This document shows, piece after piece, positions 1 to 10,061 of a stretch of DNA of 64,000 nucleotides (its first letter is position 1; each line of letters begins with the position of its first letter). The stretch lies in NCBI GenBank assembly GCA_032718475.1, contig JAUCBJ010001188.1:1-64000 (forward strand), in the 5' to 3' direction. The position numbers and the translations under genes are program-made. The stretch is from Nemertoderma westbladi. Taxonomy: Eukaryota; Animalia; Xenacoelomorpha. The notes beneath the pieces were generated by a model, which ran no database searches, was not told the origin of the DNA, and was given only the letters and a program-made list of their open reading frames with translations.

Positions 1-180
1 TGGAACTGCTCGTCCTTGGCTTGACGCTTGCCAAGGACTCCTCCTTCTGGTACATGCCGCGAGCTGTGAGCTCCGGCTGTTGTCGCTGTGGGCGCGGCGG
101 TCCTGATCCTCCACTCGTTCAGAGGTCAATGACCCCAGACGAGTCTCCTTAGGCCGCCAATTGTGCGCTGGGTAATAAAT

Positions 181-483
181 CTAGACGTATATATCAGAGC
201 GACGATGATATATAAAGGATTGGACATATTCGGGCTTAATAATGCGTTCGTCGAAACTTCCCGAAATAATTTGGAGTAAATATCGTATAAACCGTGGATC
301 GTGGGTATAGTTAGTAGACGGATGGATGGCGCGAATCTCGTCTGGATACTCAGGCGTGACCTTCCTTTCCTGGTGAAGCGAAGTGAACGTGGTCCAGGAA
401 CTCGAGTCCCGTGCCGCTTCGCGCCGCGCCTCTAGGTCTTTATAGGCTCGGTATAGCGAAATGGCCGCCGCCGTGTCTATCAA
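181..483 (-). CDS. BEL-1 3' accessory ORF, distal part (unknown function)
   Basis: HDPRFIRYLLQI resembles HDSGFRVVREYLLQI in the BEL-2 ORF 28852-29961. Confidence 0.45.
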   Translation of the reverse strand: MIDTAAAISLYRAYKDLEARREAARDSSSWTTFTSLHQERKVTPEYPDEIRAIHPSTNYTHDPRFIRYLLQIISGSFDERIIKPEYVQSFIYHRRSDIYV

Positions 484-520
484 ACTGGGTGTCGAACAGG
501 TTTAATCTCTGTAAACGGAT

Positions 521-841
521 CTAATGTCGTAACGGTCGGCGTAATGGGTCTTGGAGGTCGCTTTCGCTGAAGTCGATACTGATCATCGGGTCGCTGATCG
601 GGTAACCTCCCTCGTTGTATCTAAGGAATTGGTGAGCTGGACATCGCGTTAATATCGGTTCTGGATGTTGCTCGTCTAGTCGGTCGGGAATCGTGGGTTT
701 GTATTTCCCATTTAGCTCCATCACCGACCGCCCATGGTAGTAAACGTTCGAGTCTTTACATCCCGGTCGCGCGAATGGTAACTCCGCCTCCTCTCTGGCA
801 GTAAATCCTCTGCGCGGTTGCGCTCTAATATCCTTCTCCAT
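521..841 (-). CDS. BEL-1 3' accessory ORF, N-terminal part (unknown function)
   Basis: MEKDIRAQPRRGFTAREEAELPFARPGCKD aligns with BEL-2 MEKGIQREPRWGYDIQEEAAASFERFGAKD at the same position after pol. Confidence 0.65.
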   Translation of the reverse strand: MEKDIRAQPRRGFTAREEAELPFARPGCKDSNVYYHGRSVMELNGKYKPTIPDRLDEQHPEPILTRCPAHQFLRYNEGGYPISDPMISIDFSESDLQDPLRRPLRH

Positions 842-1605
842 TATGCCCCGCGTATATACATATATATCCCAATAAGTGTTCCGTTACGCAAACCAATTAC
901 ACTGTGGGTAATCAGTTAGATGTCGCCGAAGGACAGACCTCCCGAACCCCCTCCGCCTTCCAGCAGTTCAGGTTCGACTCTCTAGATCCCGTCTCTTCCT
1001 AACTAACTATCCTCTAACCTATTCCCATGCATAGCGCAAAAACTTTGGAGATAAACTGGCCGTGACCAACTCACTTTTTGATGCCCAAACTACTCCCATT
1101 ACTCGTACTAAACTACAGTAGTTAGAAAGGACCATAGCCACAATACTCGACTATACCAAACCCACAGGTTTGATAATCGAACATCACACATCCTGCAAAC
1201 TACTGAGTGGGGTCCGTGCACGCCTCTGGTGCTACTAACCTTTAGCACCTTAGTTGCACTGTTGGCACCAATCTGTGGAAGTTGCTAAACTCAATTTACA
1301 CTCCTACGTAATATAGCCGTCACCATGGTTTCTAAATGCTATTTTCCAGGCTTCACGACTTTTCAATTTACTGTTTATCTATAGACGAATTCTAAAACGC
1401 GTCTATACACAGCGTCTGGAATTGTCTTGGGTTCACTTCTAATTTTTTTTTTTAAAATTTTCTAATTTTCCAAAAATTTTTGAAAATAAAATTTTGTTTT
1501 GATACCCACCAGACAAAACTCAACGCAAATCACCACAACCCCGCTCCTATGCATTTCCTTGTATTTGCATACGAGGAATGCATACGAAGTGAGTTGCGTC
1601 CAACA

Positions 1606-4600
1606 CTAATTCTGTTTTGAGGCAGGAGACAAACTATAATCTCCCGTCTCGATACGTGTCTCCTCTAATAACACAATATCTTGGACCGGTCGGTCCAAGG
1701 TGTGTAAACCATTAGTTTTACACTTTTTTGGGTGCGGACACTTGCACCTAATTTTCACAGTGACTGTGCGCACTATGTTTTGCACGTCTGGGTGTGTGTG
1801 CAAGATCACTCCTGTCTCCCAATACTTTCTCTTGACAATGGGTTCGGTTATCAACACGTAATCTCCCTTTTGGAGACTCCGAACCGTTTTGTACCACTTT
1901 GTTCTGGTGGATATGGTGGGAAGATAGTATTCCCGCCAATATTCCCAGAATGTGTACGCCACTAACTGTGTTACTTTCCAGCTTTTACGACTATATAGGT
2001 CGGCACTAATGGGTTCTGATGCCGGCACAAGAAATGCTGGACTCTGCATTAGCAAATGATTCGGCGTTAATGCAACACCGTCTGGCAACATAGCTATCGG
2101 CCTCGAGTTTAGGGTATGCTCGATTTCAATGAAAGCTGTAACCAGTTCGTCGTCGGTAAGTTGTTTGTTCACAGGCAACGTTTTGGCAATGGCCTGTTTT
2201 ACAGAGCGAACTAAACGCTCCCAACTTCCTCCTCTCCAAGGACTTTCTGGAGTATTGAATCTCCACTCTACTCGTTGCGGCAAAAGTGCTGCAGAAATTT
2301 CCTTATTCTGTGCTACTTTATGAGCCGCGTTCAACTCGCTATTCCCTCCGACAAAGTTTGTACCCTTATCGGAGTAGAACGCCTTTACTAGTCCTCTCCT
2401 GGCCATAAATCTCTTTAAGGCCAGGAGCAGAGATTTGGTCGACATGTCTGCCACACGCTCAATGTGTATGGCTCTACTAGCCATACATGTCAGTAGCAGA
2501 CCCCATCGCTTGTGGGTCAGCCGTCCACTCTTTGCTTCAATCGGACCAAAACAGTCCACCCCTGTGTTCGTAAAGGGTGGGTCATATGCCTGCACTCTCG
2601 CTTCCGGGAGTTCAGCCATCTCCTGTTCCAATACTCTGGCGTTCACCCTCTTGCAAACCAGACAGGCGTCGTACATGGTGCCGACTGCCCTGCTTGGCTG
2701 CAATAGAATGAATCGCTGTCTCGCTGCCGACAAACAGTGTAACTTTCCCGCGTGATGCAACCTCTTGTGTATATCCCATAGAATCGCTCTTTGCAATTCT
2801 ATTGGGTGACTAGGGATTATCACTGGGAACCGAAACTGTGAGTTTATGTCGACAGTCTGGATTCTCGATCTATGACAAATTAAACCCTTATGGATTAATG
2901 GACTCCATTTTCTAAGGGGTTTATAGAGAACTGGTCGTTGAGCCGATAATAGATGGAATTCTTTTGGGAAGGCACACATCTGATAATGTTTCAAATGCTT
3001 TAATTCCGCTTGATCAATCTCATCCTCTGTCAGAGGTTGTTTCAATTTCCGAATTCGCTCACTATTGGTGCTCAATGGTTCTCTCAAATGTTTCGAATGT
3101 TTTAAACGAAGGTACAAAATATATCGGCTTAACCACGCAGTTCTTTTACAAATTGTCAGCCAAGAGGCAGACGAATTTAGTAATTTGTCATAAACACTGC
3201 ATGACTCTAATGCCAGCGACGGTTGTCCGCTAACTAATGGAAGTTTCGAATCCAAACCCGCAGGTTTGGAAACCGAAGGATCCATTGTGTCGGTCATTTT
3301 CTGTCCGTCACTTACCAATTGTGACTCCGGTTTAGTCTGTAAGGGTGGTTTGATGTCATAACTTACCCTTCCGGACCTAGTAGTCACGTAAGTCTGTTGG
3401 TCTGACAGGTCTCCGGGCCGCTCCAATAACTCTTCAGGCCGCTCCAATGACTCTTCAGGCCGCTCCAATGACTTAAGTTTGGCTTTAGACTTCGACTTAG
3501 AGACTTTCTCCACTTTGACTTCTGCATCTTCAGGCATCGGATTGGTCACTATCTTTAGTCGCTCTGGCCAATGTTCCTGTGTCCTCGTTAGAAAATCAGG
3601 TCCATGCAACCAAAACTCCTGCGACTCTTCCTGACAGAATTCCGCCGGCATTGCACCTCTCGAAGTTATGTCGGCCGGGTTCAACACTCCCGGACAATGT
3701 CTCCATTGTTCCTTCGTCGAAAAGTCAACGATCTGAGCGCGTCTGTTGGCCACAAATGTCTTTAGTGCAATATTGTCGGCCGCAATGTATACTAACACTA
3801 AGGATGCGTCCGTCCAATAGAATAAGGTCAACGTCGTGTCTAATTCCTCTGTTATTTGCTTACTTACCTCGACTGAAACTACAGCCGCCTGTAACTCTGC
3901 ACGAGGGACAGTCATGTATTTGACCGGCATTGTCTTTGATCTAGAAGTCACAAAGGCCGTCTCAAACTTGTCCTGACTTACCTCTCGGCGAAGGTAGGCT
4001 ACCATACCAAAGCCGGTGTCACTTGCGTCACTAAATAGGTGGAGTTCGAGATCAGCTGGAAATACCAGCTGATTCGGAAAGTAGGATCGGGGCACATCTA
4101 TATTTTTCAATAGATGCAACTCGGCTTCCCACTCTCTCCACTGCTTTGCATGTATAGGAGATATTGGTTCGTCCCACTCCAGGTCGGACAACCAAATTTT
4201 CCTCATGCACGCTCGTGCCTGTAATATAACCGGACTGATAAAGTTCATCGGGTCAAATAGTCTACTTAGAGTCGATAAGCAAATTCTCTTTGTCAAAACT
4301 TTGTCTGGGCTACTGGGCTCAAATCTAACTCTTACCTGGAACTTATCTGAGTTCGGGTTCCAAGCGAGTCCCAGTACTCGCGCCATGGGAATTGGTTCTA
4401 CCCCCAATTCAATGTCTCCGCTCCCGCGATCTTTCACCGGGAACGACTCTAATAGGGCCTCCGAGTTCGTAGTGAACTTGGTCAGAGGAAAACCCCCTGT
4501 AGCCAAGCACTCTTGCAGGCCGTGAGCCACTTCTATGGCTTGTTCCGCCGTGTCCTTGGACACCAATCCGTCGTCCATGTAGAAGTTTCTCAAGATGGAC

Positions 4601-7600
4601 TCGATAACCTCTACTGGGTACTTACCAATCTGGGCTGTTGCCGTTTTCTTTAGAACGAACAGCGTGCCATTCGGACTATCGCGGGCGCCAAATATCCTAA
4701 CGTACATTTGGTATGTAACCACTGGGCCGGATAAGTCTTCATTCTCAAACCAGAGAAAGCGAAGGCTATCCTGGTCTGCCTTACAGGCTCTTACCTGGTG
4801 GAACATCGCCTCGATGTCACAAGTAAATGCGAATCGCCGCTGTCTAAAACGCAACAGTATTCCAATCAAATAGTTGTTCAGGTTGGGACCATCCATCAAC
4901 TCTGAATTCAGGGACATACCTCTATAGACTGCTGCGCAGTCGTTGACTACTCGGACTTTGTCTGGCTTGTCAGGGTGAGTCACATAGTGGTGTGGAAGGT
5001 AATAAGTCTGGTCTGTCACTAAGTCAGGGTCCTCTACCTTCCCAGCAAATCCCTTGGCGAAATAGTTGTTGATCTGGGCGCAATACTTCTCTCTAATGTC
5101 CGGATTCTTCAACAACCGAGCCCTTACTCCGTTTAATCTTTTCAAGGCTAAGCTGTAGTTGTTCTCCAACTTAGGTGGTTGTCGACGCCACAACATTCCA
5201 ACTTCAAAATGTCCAGTCGGTAGCAGACGTATGGTGTCTTCCATCATCTCCAACGACCGTTTCTCATCAGTAGACATGGCTAGGTCATATCCACCGGGTT
5301 CCATTGCGTCCCTATCCAGCCATTCGACGGTTCTGGCTCCTGTCTCGAGGTCCTGGCGTATCAATTCCTTCTGTAGCTCCTCCTCACTGTATTGGAAAAT
5401 GTCTAGGTCTCGATATTTAGCCACTTGACCCTCCACTATGTCTGTATAAGTCAAAACGTTAGTCAAATAGGTAGCGTGGGCCGCTGAACCAGACCCACGG
5501 GTCTGATAACAGTAGTCCTCGGGTTCACTATCTGTCCGGTTGTTATGAAGTGGTTCCGACAACCTAACATTATCGGGAATCAACTCCTCGTCCGACTCGC
5601 TAAAGTCACTATAGTGGTCAATACAGGTTCTCCTAAACTCGTCTATGTCTGGTGGTTCTACTAACGGTGGTTGAGTTATAGGCTGTAATTCATCGTATCT
5701 GTCCATTGGCTTGTCGCCACCTGTAAACTCATAAGACATGGGTACTCTTGTATACCAACCTAATATAGTCCTATGGGCATGTGGTCCGTTGACATGCGGT
5801 TCAGCTGGTCTCGTTTCCCATATTTGGTGTGCGATCAGCTGTTCTGCACCAATTAACATAGAAACATTCCTATAACCTACCTGGTGTCTGGGTATCCTGA
5901 GCTTGTCAAAATACTCCTGTGCTATGGGACTCATCGGCGGCACCTTACCTAACTGCCTGCCGAATCCCTTCATAGCTAGACACTTAAATCCGTCCAATGG
6001 CAAAGCTTTCCGTTCTTGTCGAGTATGCTGGTCTCTCGGAAGTAGGGAATCTAGTTCTACCGAAATTCTGTGTCCCTTGAGGTCTCCTACCCCATGCATA
6101 GACTTCAACTCTATTTGGATCTCCTCGGCGTCCTGGAAGCTAGAAACGGCTCTCGCCACTTCCTCGTCGATATAGGATAATGTGGACGCAGTGTCCAACA
6201 TCACATATATTCGCTTCGATCCCTTATCGCCAGTGAGTTTCACCGGAATCACGCTAAATATTTCCGACGTGGCCGATGATAAATACGTCCGTGCGCTGGT
6301 CGATGAACTATCCGCGGTGAAACCTTGGCAGGTCACTTCTCTTGCGCTCGACTCGCCATCCTCGTCCGACGAACCTGGTTGGTAACCATCGTCTTGGATG
6401 CCAGTGTACGTATTCCTCCTTATCGATACGGGTTCTTTGCTCCCCTTCCTTTGAGGATTTCGCTGTAAGTAACGGTCCGTTGGGGTATGGAAATCCGCAT
6501 GTAGCAACTTGTGATGTAGTCTGCCGCATTCCATGCATCCGTCCTTGCTGTTCGGGCACTGTCGCCGTACATGACCTGGCGCAAGACATGCCCAACAGGT
6601 GTCCAACGTCCGCACTTGAACTCTTCTCTGTTCCGAATTTAATTCTTTGAACCGTCTGCAACTATCTAACTTATGGTCGTCAGATCTTACCTCCTTTAGT
6701 AAACAGTATTGGCAACCTACAAATCCATCCGGCAACTCCTGTTGCTTCAACCTAGGTCTATCTAACCGCTCACCTGACCATACTCGCGAGTCTGATCTAA
6801 AGGCTGGGGTACTCGAATTATATCTGTCTACTGAGTTATAAGTCACAGTGGTCCTGTCATCGTCAAAACTTACCATAGACTTACCGGTAGCAGGTTTAGA
6901 CTCCCTCATATTCTCCTCTGAGAAGTTTGATTTCATCTCTGCTACTGCGTCTGTGGCTATCATGTCATGAATATGCTGAAGTGTCAACACCTTACCTTGG
7001 CCCTCCAACTTATTCTCTAATTTGCGCCATTTCTGTCGGTAACGCATGTTTAAACGTCTTATTACGCTTTTCAAAACTTCGGCGTGATCACCATGATGAG
7101 GTAGATTCACCGTCCTCAAGATGTCCAATGCGTTCGAAATAGCGTTCGCCAAGTTCAACAGCTCTAACGGAGTTGTAATCCTTCCGCCCTTACCCAAGTC
7201 TTCTACTATCGACTGCGCCATCTTGGTTTTATTCCCGTAGATGTCACTAAGTGTCTTCATCGCTAACTCAAACGCTCTCTCGTTGCCGACGAAGTTGTCA
7301 GCAATGGCTCTAGGTTCTCGATGGAGCATCTGAAGCAAATAGTTGAACTTCTCGTTGGGAGTAAAGGTGCTGTTGGTTAGCTGCTCGTCGACATAGGTTT
7401 TAAAGGTCCTCCAGTGCTTATGGTTACCCATAAACTTCTGGGGTTGTTGCGTCGGCAGTCCTTGCCTAGCAGCAAACTTACCTATGTCCCTAAGGGTTGC
7501 GTCGTTCCGGGTTAACAAATGGTTTAGTTCCGCAGGGTTGTTAAGTCTGGTCCTTTCCCGGTGGTTCCAACTTACCTGCTCCGCGTCCGTCCTTCTTTCC

Positions 7601-8952
7601 TTATAGTTTCGGGACTTCTGACGTCTCATTTCTTCCTCTTCATCACTTGACTCGGTGTCAGTCCTTAGCGCTCGCGATGGTTTGCGCGCCGAGGCCCTGA
7701 CCCAAGCTTCCTCAATAAATTTCTCAGCCGAATTTTCGAAATTGGGATTATGGATATTCGGGACAGGCGTCCTTACCTGAGGTCTATGTGATATAGTTTC
7801 CTCCGATATGCGTACTCGTTGACTAGGCTGGACTTTATCTAACTCAGGCCTGCTAGGATTTGAATTACTTCTTACCTGGGCTGCTTCCTTTAACCGTAGG
7901 TTGCTAAGCATGTCCGTTATAGGTTGGATGTGCGGCGATATAGCTTGCGCTAAACTAGCACTTAACTCATCCCTCGTAATAAATTCCTGGCTAGGGTTCT
8001 GTTGTATAGTCGGCTCTATCTGAGTAATCCGCTGTCTCTCATATGATCCCTCTTCCGGTTTAACCCGGAAGTTCTCCGTCGAACTGGGTCGGCGCTCCGT
8101 CCGCGTATTCCAAACCCGCGGGTTCGGTTCGCCAAATACTCGGCCCGTCGGAGTTTCTTCTCTAAATTCTCCGTTGTCACGTTCGGTATACAGTGGTGCG
8201 GCGTTCCGATGACGTAGATCCTGGGCGATGGGTGAGGCACTAATACCAACTGGCGTGCGATATGTAGAGAACGGTTTAACGATCCGTGTACTCGTAATAG
8301 CTGGACCGGGTATAGGAATTCTGGTCGTCGTCGACTCGCGTATAGCCGGAGTTCTCGCTTCCTGTTCGGCCTTCTGCAGTGCGAACAGTTCTCGCAACTC
8401 AGTCCCTACACTCGCCCCACATTCTTCGAGCATTCGCATCCCCTTCTCGGCGATTTCGTTCGCCTTCCTAGTCCGTTCTTCGCTCTCTAAACTTAATCTC
8501 GCACTTTCCAACTGCGCCAGTTTACGTTCTTCTTCTTCCCTCGCTCGTCTCGCTGCGCCCTCTTCTTCCACTCGCGACCTTTCTTCATACAATGCGCGTC
8601 TTCTTTTCTCGATCTCGAGTTCACGTTCCTTGCGTCCGCGTTCGAGTTGAAGCTCGCGCTCCTTCTGTTCACGATCGAGTTTCTTGCGCTCGCGTTCGGC
8701 TTGGAGTTCGCGTTTCTTCGCTTCCTGTTCGCGTTCGAGTTGGAGTTCGCGTTTCTTCGCTTCCCGTTCGCATTCAAGTTGGAGTTCGCGTTTCTTCGCT
8801 TCCCGTTCGCATTCGAGTTGGAGTTCGCGTTCTCTCTGTTCGCATTCGAGTTCCTCGCGCTCGCGCTCGGCTTGAAGTTCACGTTCCCTTTGCTCGCGTT
8901 CCGCTCGCTCGCGCTTACTTATCTCTTCCAACTCTCGTAACTCTGCGTCCAA
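1606..8952 (-). CDS. BEL/Pao Gag-Pol polyprotein
   Basis: DUF1759-type gag (KFMGNHKHWRTF), three Zn knuckles (CWACLAPGHVRRQC), protease VMLDTAST, RT (YYLPHH, DIEAMFHQV, FYMDD), Pao RNase H (HLFSDAS, VPRAEL, NPADITSRG), integrase (GVDCFGP, SDKGTNF, WERLVRSVK). Confidence 0.97.
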   Translation of the reverse strand: MDAELRELEEISKRERAEREQRERELQAEREREELECEQRERELQLECEREAKKRELQLECEREAKKRELQLEREQEAKKRELQAERERKKLDREQKERELQLERGRKERELEIEKRRRALYEERSRVEEEGAARRAREEEERKLAQLESARLSLESEERTRKANEIAEKGMRMLEECGASVGTELRELFALQKAEQEARTPAIRESTTTRIPIPGPAITSTRIVKPFSTYRTPVGISASPIAQDLRHRNAAPLYTERDNGEFREETPTGRVFGEPNPRVWNTRTERRPSSTENFRVKPEEGSYERQRITQIEPTIQQNPSQEFITRDELSASLAQAISPHIQPITDMLSNLRLKEAAQVRSNSNPSRPELDKVQPSQRVRISEETISHRPQVRTPVPNIHNPNFENSAEKFIEEAWVRASARKPSRALRTDTESSDEEEEMRRQKSRNYKERRTDAEQVSWNHRERTRLNNPAELNHLLTRNDATLRDIGKFAARQGLPTQQPQKFMGNHKHWRTFKTYVDEQLTNSTFTPNEKFNYLLQMLHREPRAIADNFVGNERAFELAMKTLSDIYGNKTKMAQSIVEDLGKGGRITTPLELLNLANAISNALDILRTVNLPHHGDHAEVLKSVIRRLNMRYRQKWRKLENKLEGQGKVLTLQHIHDMIATDAVAEMKSNFSEENMRESKPATGKSMVSFDDDRTTVTYNSVDRYNSSTPAFRSDSRVWSGERLDRPRLKQQELPDGFVGCQYCLLKEVRSDDHKLDSCRRFKELNSEQRRVQVRTLDTCWACLAPGHVRRQCPNSKDGCMECGRLHHKLLHADFHTPTDRYLQRNPQRKGSKEPVSIRRNTYTGIQDDGYQPGSSDEDGESSAREVTCQGFTADSSSTSARTYLSSATSEIFSVIPVKLTGDKGSKRIYVMLDTASTLSYIDEEVARAVSSFQDAEEIQIELKSMHGVGDLKGHRISVELDSLLPRDQHTRQERKALPLDGFKCLAMKGFGRQLGKVPPMSPIAQEYFDKLRIPRHQVGYRNVSMLIGAEQLIAHQIWETRPAEPHVNGPHAHRTILGWYTRVPMSYEFTGGDKPMDRYDELQPITQPPLVEPPDIDEFRRTCIDHYSDFSESDEELIPDNVRLSEPLHNNRTDSEPEDYCYQTRGSGSAAHATYLTNVLTYTDIVEGQVAKYRDLDIFQYSEEELQKELIRQDLETGARTVEWLDRDAMEPGGYDLAMSTDEKRSLEMMEDTIRLLPTGHFEVGMLWRRQPPKLENNYSLALKRLNGVRARLLKNPDIREKYCAQINNYFAKGFAGKVEDPDLVTDQTYYLPHHYVTHPDKPDKVRVVNDCAAVYRGMSLNSELMDGPNLNNYLIGILLRFRQRRFAFTCDIEAMFHQVRACKADQDSLRFLWFENEDLSGPVVTYQMYVRIFGARDSPNGTLFVLKKTATAQIGKYPVEVIESILRNFYMDDGLVSKDTAEQAIEVAHGLQECLATGGFPLTKFTTNSEALLESFPVKDRGSGDIELGVEPIPMARVLGLAWNPNSDKFQVRVRFEPSSPDKVLTKRICLSTLSRLFDPMNFISPVILQARACMRKIWLSDLEWDEPISPIHAKQWREWEAELHLLKNIDVPRSYFPNQLVFPADLELHLFSDASDTGFGMVAYLRREVSQDKFETAFVTSRSKTMPVKYMTVPRAELQAAVVSVEVSKQITEELDTTLTLFYWTDASLVLVYIAADNIALKTFVANRRAQIVDFSTKEQWRHCPGVLNPADITSRGAMPAEFCQEESQEFWLHGPDFLTRTQEHWPERLKIVTNPMPEDAEVKVEKVSKSKSKAKLKSLERPEESLERPEELLERPGDLSDQQTYVTTRSGRVSYDIKPPLQTKPESQLVSDGQKMTDTMDPSVSKPAGLDSKLPLVSGQPSLALESCSVYDKLLNSSASWLTICKRTAWLSRYILYLRLKHSKHLREPLSTNSERIRKLKQPLTEDEIDQAELKHLKHYQMCAFPKEFHLLSAQRPVLYKPLRKWSPLIHKGLICHRSRIQTVDINSQFRFPVIIPSHPIELQRAILWDIHKRLHHAGKLHCLSAARQRFILLQPSRAVGTMYDACLVCKRVNARVLEQEMAELPEARVQAYDPPFTNTGVDCFGPIEAKSGRLTHKRWGLLLTCMASRAIHIERVADMSTKSLLLALKRFMARRGLVKAFYSDKGTNFVGGNSELNAAHKVAQNKEISAALLPQRVEWRFNTPESPWRGGSWERLVRSVKQAIAKTLPVNKQLTDDELVTAFIEIEHTLNSRPIAMLPDGVALTPNHLLMQSPAFLVPASEPISADLYSRKSWKVTQLVAYTFWEYWREYYLPTISTRTKWYKTVRSLQKGDYVLITEPIVKRKYWETGVILHTHPDVQNIVRTVTVKIRCKCPHPKKCKTNGLHTLDRPVQDIVLLEETRIETGDYSLSPASKQN
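8640..8900. repeat. Degenerate ~39-bp tandem repeat encoding a gag coiled coil (ELQLECEREAKKR)
   Basis: Repeated ttggagttcgcgtttcttcgcttcccgttcgcattcgag units. Confidence 0.85.
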
Positions 8953-10061
8953 CTTACGTGTGCGCTCCCGTTCCCGCTCGGCTTCCTTCCGTGCTTCTGT
9001 GCACGCAAAACTTCCGCCTGCTGTTCGTCTAGTCGGCGTCTTCTCTCCTCCGCCGAGTTGTGAGAAACAAGGGATCTAGCACATATTACCTTACCTCGCG
9101 CGTGACTAACCTGGGAATCGCCGCTGTCTCTAGATGCATCGTCGGGTGGAGTTAACGTCCTCTGTTGGATGTTCTCCGTCGTCGGTAGCACCTGACCCGG
9201 TACCACCACTCCATTCTGCATCAGCCAGCTAGTAACTTCCCTCTGATAACGGCGCTCCTCTTTATCCTGCGTCTCTTCTCGCTCCACTAAGTCTCTCAAC
9301 TCTGCGTCACTCACCTGAGTCGCCTGCGCTTGTGATGCCCATAGCAGCCAGTTCTCCGTCCTAACTCGTCGGAATCGCTCCGATAACTCGCGGTGCTCCA
9401 ACAAGGCTGCTAAAACCCTGTCGTAAATCCTCGTTGCTACGTCGCTCGACTGAGACTCTACTGCCTTCTTCGCTAGGACTGCAAGCTCCTCCGTCTGCTT
9501 GAATAACGCTGAGTTATATCCTCTTCTAATCTCTGCTAACTCTACCCTCCCGATGTTCGCTGAGTCGGCTAACATTTTCCTTACCTTGTCCGCCGTCCGA
9601 GTTATATGTCCGGCGTGCGCACGAAGTTTCTTCTTTATCACGATATCGAACTCTCTATCACTCACCTGACTTACACTCGGTGGACTTGAAGGATTATTTC
9701 GGGAACTACGGGTACTCCTTACAGCCGTCGGAACCACGGCACTTACCATACCCACAGGTCTGGAAACCGGGCTCCGGGCTCTCGCTTCTGCTACACTACC
9801 CTCCCTATCACTCACCTCTGGTTGGGTTGCTGTACAATCCTTCCTATCAGTAGCGGTAGGGGATCCTAATACTATTACTTGAGGTTGTTGTTCTTCCTCA
9901 CTAGTCACTGTCTCGTCCTCCTGTTCACTTACGTCAGCGTCGCTCGCTGCGTCGTCATAGTCGGCATTGTCGTCAACAGTAATATTTACGCTATCGTCAG
10001 TCGGCGGTCCAGCCGCCGTCTCATAGCTGTCCTCTAGTGCCTCCTTGTCTGAGACACTCAT
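8919..10061 (-). CDS. N-terminal part of BEL-1 gag, separated from the main ORF by a frameshift near 9000
   Basis: RAHAGHITR matches GYMAHITR of BEL-2 gag. The other frame continues EARKEAERERERTRKLDAEL directly into the 2448-aa ORF. Confidence 0.8.
   Translation of the reverse strand: MSVSDKEALEDSYETAAGPPTDDSVNITVDDNADYDDAASDADVSEQEDETVTSEEEQQPQVIVLGSPTATDRKDCTATQPEVSDREGSVAEARARSPVSRPVGMVSAVVPTAVRSTRSSRNNPSSPPSVSQVSDREFDIVIKKKLRAHAGHITRTADKVRKMLADSANIGRVELAEIRRGYNSALFKQTEELAVLAKKAVESQSSDVATRIYDRVLAALLEHRELSERFRRVRTENWLLWASQAQATQVSDAELRDLVEREETQDKEERRYQREVTSWLMQNGVVVPGQVLPTTENIQQRTLTPPDDASRDSGDSQVSHARGKVICARSLVSHNSAEERRRRLDEQQAEVLRAQKHGRKPSGNGSAHVSWTQSYESWKR

Noticed and set aside
8919-9010. 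Programmed ribosomal frameshift in BEL gag (also ~23600 in BEL-2)
   Set aside because: The shifts are at non-homologous positions and in opposite directions (-1 versus +1), and each element is continuous where the other is broken. The GGGAAAA at ~23605 would give the wrong frame. Simple indels or sequence errors are more likely.
1732-9032. Many antisense and alternate-frame ORFs over gag-pol (similarly over BEL-2, the LINE and Gypsy)
   Set aside because: Shadow ORFs of long coding or repetitive regions with no motifs
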